From an uncultured Pirellulaceae bacterium (GTDB taxonomy: Bacteria > Planctomycetota > Planctomycetia > Pirellulales > Pirellulaceae), in contig CAYNDU010000020.1 in NCBI GenBank assembly GCA_964395615.1, forward strand, positions 1-22,307: a DNA stretch of 22,307 nucleotides. Reading direction: 5' to 3'. The notes beneath the pieces are model-generated. The model saw nothing but the letters and a program-made list of their open reading frames with translations. It was not told the DNA's origin and made no database searches. A program made the position numbers and the translations under genes. The first letter of the stretch is position 1, and each line of letters begins with the position of its first letter. Below, one piece after another: positions 8,405-15,817 of this stretch.

Positions 8405-8433
8405 TTGACCAGACGCCAAATGTGACGTAGATA
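8405..8433 (+). promoter_or_regulatory. Weak candidate sigma70-like promoter (TTGACC-17nt-TAGATA)
   Basis: The hexamers are at 8405-8410 and 8428-8433, with 17-nt spacing. It lies about 250 bp upstream of the 8682 ORF. Promoter consensus for this lineage is unknown, so this is speculative. Confidence 0.15.
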
Positions 8434-8681
8434 TCTGTTGTGGGCAGTTCGCGCCGATTCATTCACTGACGTCGCGGACACAGCTCCTGGGCTCGCCCCG
8501 AGCATTACGTGCCCCAGCCTTTTCTTGGTCGACCGTCAACGACCCGGATTCCTCCACATATTTCGCACCGAGCGAACGCGCGCCGCTTCGCTCCGATTGG
8601 GATTGAGTGCCCTGTTCCTATCGAACCGGACAACGCCGGTCCTGGCATCGGGTGCGTTCGATCTCGAAAGAGAGTTAACGA

Positions 8682-9122
8682 ATGACTTCATTGGCCTGTG
8701 GCCTGCCCGGCACCTTGAATCAGGTCCCCGGCATTGCGGCGGATCAGTCGATTCGCGAGCGGGTTCGGTTGCTGTTTCAGATGTATCGGCAGCAGACGAC
8801 CGGTGACGACCGGCGCAACGATCGACGTGAACCGTTTCCTTTTCCAATCTACGTAACTCCCGTTGATGAGGGTGGTTCGGCAGTCGTCGACGACACACTG
8901 GTCGTTTTGGGCAAACATTTGTCCGAACGTGGGCTAGACTTTTATTATGAGGCACCACTGCCGTATCGCCGCGTCATTGCCTCCTGGGAGAGCTCTGCCG
9001 GGCATTGGTTGGCTCTTTTGCTCGACCTGCGCTGGTGTCGCTGCAACAAACATGGTTGGTACGAGAATGGAGGGCGTTTTCTGCAGGTGGTTGATTCACC
9101 GTTGAGTGACGCTCACCGATAA
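8682..9122 (+). CDS. Hypothetical protein, 146 aa (possible degenerate PilZ-like motif)
   Basis: ATG at 8682 is preceded by GAAAGAGAG with a 7-nt spacer, a good RBS. It contains RRNDRR (RxxxR) followed about 30 aa later by VVLGKHLSERGLDF. This loosely resembles the PilZ (D/N)xSxxG block (S and G are kept, D is replaced by H). No other recognisable motif is present. Confidence 0.5.
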   Translation: MTSLACGLPGTLNQVPGIAADQSIRERVRLLFQMYRQQTTGDDRRNDRREPFPFPIYVTPVDEGGSAVVDDTLVVLGKHLSERGLDFYYEAPLPYRRVIASWESSAGHWLALLLDLRWCRCNKHGWYENGGRFLQVVDSPLSDAHR

Positions 9123-9236
9123 GCGCTCGTTCCGATCGCCGTCCGGTTCGGTTGAGACCCTCCAGGCCTCATCCAGACCCGTCACGGTTCGCTCGGACCG
9201 GCGTTCTATCGGACAGGAAGGGATCGCTATCCCTGG

Positions 9237-9268
9237 CACGTGGAGTCACGTGTTTCGTTTCTTCTTCG
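9237..9268 (+). terminator. Candidate rho-independent terminator
   Basis: The hairpin is CACGTG-gagt-CACGTG (6-bp stem). It is followed by TTTCGTTTCTTCTTC, and lies about 115 bp downstream of the 9122 stop. Confidence 0.3.
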
Positions 9269-9367
9269 CCATTCCACAATTGAGTGGTCGGAGCACTGTT
9301 GCAATCGACGGCCAGTAATGCTGTCGTTTTGAGATACGATTGCGAATACGTCATTCGCTGCAATGTG

Positions 9368-9409
9368 CCGGGCCGCGCTGTCAACAAGCGCGGCCCGGTC
9401 TGTTTCTTG
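9368..9409. terminator. Strong GC hairpin terminator in convergent intergenic gap
   Basis: It has a perfect 11-bp stem, CCGGGCCGCGC (9368-9378) / GCGCGGCCCGG (9388-9398), with loop TGTCAACAA. It is followed by TCTGTTTCTTG on the plus strand. It sits 9 nt beyond the minus-strand stop at 9418 and could serve both convergent genes. Confidence 0.5.
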
Positions 9410-9417
9410 CCGCTTGA

Positions 9418-12357
9418 TTATCGAGACGCCGTTCTGCTTTTCAGTAACTTGCGGATCTCCGGTTCCAGCTCGGTTACCCTGTGACCGACCGCGACGATCG
9501 TTCCCTCACGGTTCAACACCATCATGGTTGGTATTCCCGATATGCCGCTATCGGTCGCCACTTGCTGAGCATCGCTGCCAACCACGTTTGTCCAGGGTAT
9601 CTTCTTTTCGTCCAGAAAAGCGGCGAGTTTTTCCTGGTCCTTGTCCAGGCTGATCGCCACCACCTCGAGGCCCTCGCCGTGCAGTTGATCGTACAGATCG
9701 CGCAGGTGGGGGTACTCGCGAAGGCAGGGTCCACACCAGGTGGCCCAAAAATCGACCAGCACGACCTGGCCACGGTAACTGGGCCAGTCAAGGGGGACGC
9801 CAAGGGCCGTCTTCTTGTCAGACAAATCCAGCGGCGTGCCGACAAGGTCATTCGTCTCGGCCCCTCCGGACTTGGCGATCTTGCGGCCGTACCGAGCCAG
9901 TTGATTGTCTCGGCTTTTCGCGAACAGCTTGCCGAACTGGCCAAAATAATCCTGGCGTTCGTCGTCCTTTTCCAGGCGATTGATCAACTTGACGGTCGAC
10001 GACGCGAGGCGTAAGTGCTGTTTGATCAGTTTCTCTTGAGCAGAGAAGTACTTGTCCAACCGAGCCAGAAAGGGCGGGATTTCGGTGACCGGCAGCTCCA
10101 CCGCCTCGATCGTCTCGCGTTCCAAGCGAAAAAATGCCACCTGTTCGGCGATCGCCGAGCGGGGATCCGAAGCCATTTGGGAAACGAATTCCATCAGCTG
10201 CCGATCCGATTGCTCGTCGTCCAGACAGGCTCTCTCGTGGAGCGTTTTGAATTTTACGAGAGCGGCATAGACCTGGTACCGGCTCTTCGTCTCTGCCGCT
10301 ATCACTCGAGTCGCCGCTTCGACGATCGCTTCAGCGAAGCCCGGCCGCCGCTGGATGCTCTGCGGCTTCTCTTCCATGTCCATCAAGTAATCGACCAGCC
10401 CGGCCGGCGTCAAACTGGCCGAAGCCAGGTAGGGATTCGAGTCCTCGGCAACCTCCGGCAATTCCAGTTTCTGGGACGGACCGTCGTCATCCGAAGCATC
10501 CGCCGTCCTTGCCGCCGTCACTACCATATGCGCCAGTCCGGCACCCGTCGCCGGTCGATCCGTTGTCGAATCGTCATTCGCGATTTCGGCCACGAGTCCG
10601 GCCCATTTCAACTGGGTGCCGCTCGGCGAGTGTTCGCGCCGTATAGAGCCTTGTTTCGACGGTCCGGGACCCGCGGCCGGTTGCTTCGTACCGGGCGTCG
10701 CCCCAGCCGGTTCCGGGGGGCCAAGCAATTCAGCCAACTTCTGGTCAAGTGCCTGCCCGCGGACGTGCAGTTCTTGAACGATTCCCTGGCGGTCAAGCAG
10801 CACGACAAACGGAATCGTCTCGACGCCACATTGGTCGGCCAGCGCGTTATTCGAGATCGTCACCCAGGGGAGTTTTTCGCTCTCCAGGAACTGCCGAACC
10901 GTCGCGGCATTCTGATCGAGGTTCACGCCGATTACCTCGAATCCCTTGTCCCGGTAGGCTTCATAGTTCTTGCGAACGTTGGGCATCTCCTGCAGACAGG
11001 GCCCGCACCAGGTGGCCCAAAAATCGACCAGTACGATTTTCCCCTTGTAACGAGCGAAATCGAAGGCCGTTCCGTCCATCAATGTACCTTCGATTACGAG
11101 CGGTTTTCCGACCAACTCCAGTCGCCGTCGTGCCTGTTGTACGCGCCGTTGGGCGTTGGCGACCAGCTCTTGATCCTTGGATTTTGCGAACGCCAGCTCG
11201 ATCGAATCACAGACTTGGATGCCCAGAGCATATTTTCCCATCTGTTCCAGCATCTCCGCCGTCTGCGTCGCCCTGTCCAAGACAATGGGCCCTGGGTTGG
11301 GGCGGGCCATCATTTGGCTGAAAGCGGTCGTAAAGGCCTGCTCCGCGTCCTTCTCCTCCAAGGCAATGGCACGCAGCTTTGCGTCCAGGTCGAGATCAAG
11401 AATATCGAGCTGTTGGAACATGTTGGCTGCTTCGGCGGCGACCTCCGGGTCCTTGTGGTTCTTGAATGCTTCGGCCGTCATTCGAAAGGCAGTCCGAGCC
11501 TCCTGCTCGCGACCAAGTTGCCTCAACACCAGCACCAGCTGCTGGCAAACTGCCTGGACTTCGCCGTTACGCGCCTCGTTGGCCAAAAGCGCCTGCAGGT
11601 CCGTCATGAGGCCCTCCGTTCCCGCCCCACCTTTCTGGGACACTTCCCCAATGTGCAAACCGAACAAGATGGTCCGGCCGCGAATGGCCAGCTCGGGGTC
11701 TTTGTCCGCTGCCAGCGTCTGTGCAAACGCCTTGACTTCATCGACACGTGAGCGTTCGGGCGAGAGCTGGCTCAACGCAGCCAAGGCGTTCAGTTTTGCC
11801 TCGATCCCCGTCTTTTTCTGGACGGCATCGAGCGGGCTTGATGCCAGCAGCTTGTCAGCCACTTCCAATCGTCGATCGAAGATGGCCCGCATCTTATCGA
11901 GCACGGTGTTTTCACTGCCGGGCGCCGGGCGTCCTTGCATCTGCAGATCGCGGTATTGCTGGTCGAGTTTCTTGAGCGCCTCGACCAACTGAACGGGAGT
12001 GGCGTCCGGCGGTACGATGACCGGGTCGAGTTTGTCGCTGGTTATGGTCGGCGGTTGCTCGGGAACACCGCCGGAGGGCTGCATGGATGACCGCTGACCG
12101 CCCGTCGACCCAACCGGTGCAGACGGCGTCGCTCCGGCTGTATCCGACGCATCACCGGTCCCGCCTCCGTCCGTCGATTCGACGCCCGGGGAGTCCTCGG
12201 CAACTTCCCATTTCTTCTGGCTCGATTCGGCGTCTGCCGAATCGGACGAGCTGCATCCGAACGACACGACGGCGATCGACAGCAAACAAGCCGACGGAAG
12301 TGCATACAGGGGCATCCATCTGCGGAAATCGGGTCGAGGTTGCCGGACTGTACGCAT
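9418..12357 (-). CDS. Large exported multidomain thiol:disulfide oxidoreductase with two TlpA/ResA-like thioredoxin domains, ~979 aa (track ORF to GTG at 12429 = 1003 aa)
   Basis: Two thioredoxin-fold CxxC modules with TlpA-style context are present: VLVDFWATWCGPCLQEMPNV...GFEVIGVNLD and VVLVDFWATWCGPCLREYPHL...LEVVAISLD. Each is preceded by a long helical module, and the two halves are separated by a Pro/Gly-rich linker (GPPEPAGATPGTKQPAAGPGPSKQG). The N-terminus looks like a signal peptide with a lipobox-like VVSFGC. The ATG at 12357 has GGAG 8 nt upstream. The track's start at 12429 is GTG. Confidence 0.85.
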   Translation of the reverse strand: MRTVRQPRPDFRRWMPLYALPSACLLSIAVVSFGCSSSDSADAESSQKKWEVAEDSPGVESTDGGGTGDASDTAGATPSAPVGSTGGQRSSMQPSGGVPEQPPTITSDKLDPVIVPPDATPVQLVEALKKLDQQYRDLQMQGRPAPGSENTVLDKMRAIFDRRLEVADKLLASSPLDAVQKKTGIEAKLNALAALSQLSPERSRVDEVKAFAQTLAADKDPELAIRGRTILFGLHIGEVSQKGGAGTEGLMTDLQALLANEARNGEVQAVCQQLVLVLRQLGREQEARTAFRMTAEAFKNHKDPEVAAEAANMFQQLDILDLDLDAKLRAIALEEKDAEQAFTTAFSQMMARPNPGPIVLDRATQTAEMLEQMGKYALGIQVCDSIELAFAKSKDQELVANAQRRVQQARRRLELVGKPLVIEGTLMDGTAFDFARYKGKIVLVDFWATWCGPCLQEMPNVRKNYEAYRDKGFEVIGVNLDQNAATVRQFLESEKLPWVTISNNALADQCGVETIPFVVLLDRQGIVQELHVRGQALDQKLAELLGPPEPAGATPGTKQPAAGPGPSKQGSIRREHSPSGTQLKWAGLVAEIANDDSTTDRPATGAGLAHMVVTAARTADASDDDGPSQKLELPEVAEDSNPYLASASLTPAGLVDYLMDMEEKPQSIQRRPGFAEAIVEAATRVIAAETKSRYQVYAALVKFKTLHERACLDDEQSDRQLMEFVSQMASDPRSAIAEQVAFFRLERETIEAVELPVTEIPPFLARLDKYFSAQEKLIKQHLRLASSTVKLINRLEKDDERQDYFGQFGKLFAKSRDNQLARYGRKIAKSGGAETNDLVGTPLDLSDKKTALGVPLDWPSYRGQVVLVDFWATWCGPCLREYPHLRDLYDQLHGEGLEVVAISLDKDQEKLAAFLDEKKIPWTNVVGSDAQQVATDSGISGIPTMMVLNREGTIVAVGHRVTELEPEIRKLLKSRTASR

Positions 12358-12574
12358 GAGAAGACTCCATACAACAAGAAAAAATACGCGGGTCCCGCTT
12401 GGGAACCAATTACTTCGACGGCCGGTCACTCCAGCGGTCCCATTGTAGGAGATTGCCGTGGGGCAGGCACCCCCGATTTGGAGCCCACGGATCTCGCCCG
12501 GATCGCGTCGGATCGCGCCAAAATCATAGCTCCCGCGTGGATGTGCGACGACGTCGAGCCGCTACTCTCTAAGC

Positions 12575-13750
12575 TCAATCGGTCGTCGGAACCGCCGATG
12601 ACGTTAACAGCCGGTTTAGAAGTCGCTCCAATTCATCGCCCCGTGCCGATAACGAGACGACCTTGCCCTGAGCATCGACAAGGATCATCACCGGGATCGC
12701 CATGATTCCGTATTCCCGGACGGCCGAGTTCTGTCCCTTGTCACTTCCCGGATGCAATGTGATCCAGGGCAGTTTCGCTTCCTGCACGTATCGATCCAGT
12801 GCTTTACGGTCGACGTCCAGGCTGACACCGACAATCTCAAAGCCCCGGCGATGGAAACGCCGGTAGACATCCTTGAGTCGTTGATGTTCGGCCACGCAGG
12901 GTTGGCACCATGAGGCCCAGAAATCGATCAACACGGCTTGCCCCCGCAACTGATCGATGGAGAAGACGCGTCCGTCCAGCCTATGGCCCTGCAACGAAAG
13001 GGGTCTTCCAGGAAGGGCCATTCGCCTCGCCGCACCGGAAAACACGGCTGCCATATCACGGATCTCCAGGTCCTCACTGCCCGCGGCCAGCCGGGCAAAG
13101 GTCGTGTACGCTTCCTCTGCCAAGAGCCGGTCGCTCTGTTCGAGTTGCTGTGCCACCTGTTGAGCAAGGCCGATATCGCCCGGACCCAAAGGGCCCCTGG
13201 CTCGCTTCCACCGCAGCAATTCCTGCCATTTCTGGTATTGGTCCGCACGTTCTTTTCCCGACAAATCACCGGCCGAACGAATTCGATCACGCAAGAGAAT
13301 CTCGGTCGACTTCCAATAGGTTGTTGACTTTGGTTCGACGGGTAGAGCCAACAGCCGCTTGGCGGCGGCTACGAGTGCCACAGGTGCGTCACGTTGGTAA
13401 CGGAGCAGATCATTGGTGTCGACTGGCTCGTACTGTTGGATTCTGTCGATAAACGCGTCAAGTTCAGCCACATCGCCCTGCGGAACATCGAAAAACGAAT
13501 CAGGTGCCGCTTGCTCTTCGTGCTCCCCGTACTCCTCGTACTCCTCGTCCGGTTCAGCGGAGCGTCGAATCCGAGCTGCATCGTCATCGGCCGGATGGGG
13601 CCCAATCTCGGCTTCGCTGTGGCACCCCGCCAGGCAGCAGAGGAAGATGGTCGCCAGTCGGCGCGGGCTCGAAGACGTCACTTGTTTGCCGATCGATGAC
13701 GATCGCGGGCACGGAAGGAGTCGAAAGAGGTGGTGTGCTAACGCGGCCAT
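12575..13750 (-). CDS. TlpA/ResA-like thiol:disulfide oxidoreductase, probable lipoprotein, 391 aa (or 368 aa from GTG 13681)
   Basis: The C-terminal thioredoxin module reads AVLIDFWASWCQPCVAEHQRLK...GFEIVGVSLD...KLPWITLH. The N-terminal helical module is paralogous to those in the adjacent large protein. An internal GTG at 13681 would give the N-terminus MTSSSPRRLATIFLCCLAGC, a textbook lipoprotein signal with an LAGC lipobox. Both candidate starts have weak RBS. Confidence 0.85.
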   Translation of the reverse strand: MAALAHHLFRLLPCPRSSSIGKQVTSSSPRRLATIFLCCLAGCHSEAEIGPHPADDDAARIRRSAEPDEEYEEYGEHEEQAAPDSFFDVPQGDVAELDAFIDRIQQYEPVDTNDLLRYQRDAPVALVAAAKRLLALPVEPKSTTYWKSTEILLRDRIRSAGDLSGKERADQYQKWQELLRWKRARGPLGPGDIGLAQQVAQQLEQSDRLLAEEAYTTFARLAAGSEDLEIRDMAAVFSGAARRMALPGRPLSLQGHRLDGRVFSIDQLRGQAVLIDFWASWCQPCVAEHQRLKDVYRRFHRRGFEIVGVSLDVDRKALDRYVQEAKLPWITLHPGSDKGQNSAVREYGIMAIPVMILVDAQGKVVSLSARGDELERLLNRLLTSSAVPTTD

Positions 13751-13845
13751 GGGTCAGTGTCCCAAGTGTTGCGTCCCGACGTGACCGGCACGGTCCTGGG
13801 CCGAGAACGGTTACGCATGATCTACGGCAAAGCCAAACGTGGAGA

Positions 13846-15759
13846 CTAACCGCCTTCTCCGTGATAATCCACGATGGTTTTCCATGCTTCTTCGGGCGAT
13901 TCGGCGAACGAGATCAGCGACAGGTCCTCGTCATCGATGACACCCTCATCTGCCAGGAATTGGAAATTGATCACGCGGGTCCAGTAGTCGCGACCGAAGA
14001 GCACAATGGGGATCTGCTGCATCCGCTCTGTTTGACGCAAAGTCAACGCGTCAAACAGCTCATCCAATGTCCCAAATCCACCCGGAAAAACGACCAGCGC
14101 CCGGGCTCGCATCAGAAAATGCATCTTGCGCAGCGCGAAATAGTGAAATTGAAAGCAGAGTTCCGGAGTGATGTACGCATTGGGCTGCTGCTCGGAGGGC
14201 AGCGTAATGTTGAGCCCGATCGATTTGGCCCCGGCTGAAAACGCACCGCGATTGGCCGCTTCCATGATGCCGGGCCCTCCCCCGGTCATGATGACATAAT
14301 CGCACTTGCCCTCCGTTTGGCATTGCGACGAAACTAACTGTCCGAATTGACGAGCGGCGTCGTAATACTGGGACTTCTCCAGCACTCGGCGCGCACGGTC
14401 GACCTTCCGACGGCGTACAATGTCGTCGGGTTGTTCATTTAGCCGAGCTTCCGCATGGGCCAATTTGCTTTCTGCATGAGGTCGTTCGAGGATCTGGGTT
14501 CCGCCGAAGACGACAATCGTCGAGTCAATGCCTTCGCGGATGAAACTCAACTCCGACTTGAGTAACTCCAATTGCACTCGAATCGGCCGAAGCTCCGGCT
14601 GGCTCAACAAATCAATGTCCTGTTCCGGCAGTAAGTAACTAGGTGACGCGAGGATCTTTTCGAGGTTTTTTGCCTGGTCCCCAGATGCAGCTTCCATGAT
14701 GGTCCCTTCTTTGGAATAGGAGTGGCTTGACGGGCGATCCGCGACGCGGATCCGGCCGATAAGACCGGCCATGGCGACCGTCACCACGATCAGCCCGAAT
14801 CCTGTTGTGTAACGCATCTCGACGGATAACTGAGGTAGTAGTTGAGCGAGGTATCTCCAGCTCAGGATATAAGTATAGGTGGCGATACTGAGCCATCCGA
14901 ACCAACCGATCCTGGCCAGACGCCGCCATCCGGTTCTAGCCAGGCCCTCCAGAAGGTGTCCAGTCGTAGCCACCATGCAGAGGACCACTGCGGCTTGCCA
15001 TCCGAGATAAGCACCCGCCGTTGCCGCCCCAAGCGTCGATACCCGTTCCGGTCGCCCCTCAGGTTGGGAAGGGCGATGGCCGAACGCGAGACCGATGCGA
15101 ATCAGCCAGCCGACCAGTCCACCTACGGCAGCGCCGATCAAACTCGTCGATCCCGCTACCAGTCGCGAAGGCAGGCCGCTGCCCGACCAGGCGAAGACGG
15201 CGTGCAGGTAAGGGAACAGCCACGGCGCGGCGAGTCCGACAAGCAACGCGGGCAAGAACAAGCGTAACGGTATCTCATGGCGATCGGCGAAGATCATCGC
15301 AGCCGCCAATAGGGTCGAAAGCAGCAGGGCATGGAAGGTGAACAGCACCCACATCTGTTCGATGGTTCGATAGTAGTATTCGACCGTCCCCGCATCGCCA
15401 GGCAGGTTTCGTCCGGAGCGAAACGTCTCGCACAGTGCCAACCCGAGGAACAGGCTGGCGATCAGCAATTCGGTCAGCGGGTATCGGATAGAGATCCAGG
15501 TCCTGCAATCGCGACAGCGACCTCGCAGGACAAGCCAGCTGAAGAGCGGAACATTGTCATACCATCGAATGGCGTGCAGACAGACCGGACAGCGAGAACC
15601 GGTGGTCGCGAAATCGATCCCAATGGGAAGCCGCATTACGACGACATTCAGAAAACTCCCCACGCAAGCACCGACAAAGAAGATCCAGATCGCCAGAAAG
15701 ACGAGCATTGCGTCCGGCAATAACAGGATGAACTCAGTGGCCGTGTCAGCGTGGAGCAT
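13846..15759 (-). CDS. Fusion protein: type IV prepilin peptidase (A24/PilD)-like N-terminal membrane domain + C-terminal PpnN/LOG-family (Rossmann nucleotide-binding) domain, 637 aa
   Basis: Residues 1-110 read [12 protein letters not shown]...[10 protein letters not shown]...[31 protein letters not shown]. This is the PilD N-terminal domain with its tetracysteine CxxC...CxxC. It is followed by hydrophobic TM segments containing the first conserved Asp context (IFADRHEIP). Residues 414-637 carry the LOG signatures [23 protein letters not shown] (GGGxGxMEA) and [10 protein letters not shown] (PGGxGTxxE). The reading frame is continuous with no stop between the two halves. Confidence 0.85.
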   Translation of the reverse strand: MLHADTATEFILLLPDAMLVFLAIWIFFVGACVGSFLNVVVMRLPIGIDFATTGSRCPVCLHAIRWYDNVPLFSWLVLRGRCRDCRTWISIRYPLTELLIASLFLGLALCETFRSGRNLPGDAGTVEYYYRTIEQMWVLFTFHALLLSTLLAAAMIFADRHEIPLRLFLPALLVGLAAPWLFPYLHAVFAWSGSGLPSRLVAGSTSLIGAAVGGLVGWLIRIGLAFGHRPSQPEGRPERVSTLGAATAGAYLGWQAAVVLCMVATTGHLLEGLARTGWRRLARIGWFGWLSIATYTYILSWRYLAQLLPQLSVEMRYTTGFGLIVVTVAMAGLIGRIRVADRPSSHSYSKEGTIMEAASGDQAKNLEKILASPSYLLPEQDIDLLSQPELRPIRVQLELLKSELSFIREGIDSTIVVFGGTQILERPHAESKLAHAEARLNEQPDDIVRRRKVDRARRVLEKSQYYDAARQFGQLVSSQCQTEGKCDYVIMTGGGPGIMEAANRGAFSAGAKSIGLNITLPSEQQPNAYITPELCFQFHYFALRKMHFLMRARALVVFPGGFGTLDELFDALTLRQTERMQQIPIVLFGRDYWTRVINFQFLADEGVIDDEDLSLISFAESPEEAWKTIVDYHGEGG

Positions 15760-15817
15760 ACCGGACGATCTTACTCATTCCAGAGGGGGTTCTATTGGTC
15801 GTATTCGCGTCGAACAA

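Noticed and set aside
8132-8408. ORFs on both strands across the tandem repeat, reading (GPGERA)n or (PGPARS)n.
   Set aside because: They are artefacts of translating the 3x 18-bp tandem repeat. They have no start context and overlap the ribBA 3' end.
8640-8680. tRNA-like T-loop (GTTCGATCTCG) and other GTTCG-containing segments, for example at 6911.
   Set aside because: The flanking bases do not form the 5-bp T-stem. No acceptor or anticodon arms can be built. I see no tRNA in the window.
12358-12429. Extra 24-codon N-terminal extension of the large TlpA gene, from a GTG at 12429.
   Set aside because: The ATG at 12357 has a GGAG RBS and yields a sensible signal peptide. The GTG extension is retained only as an alternative.
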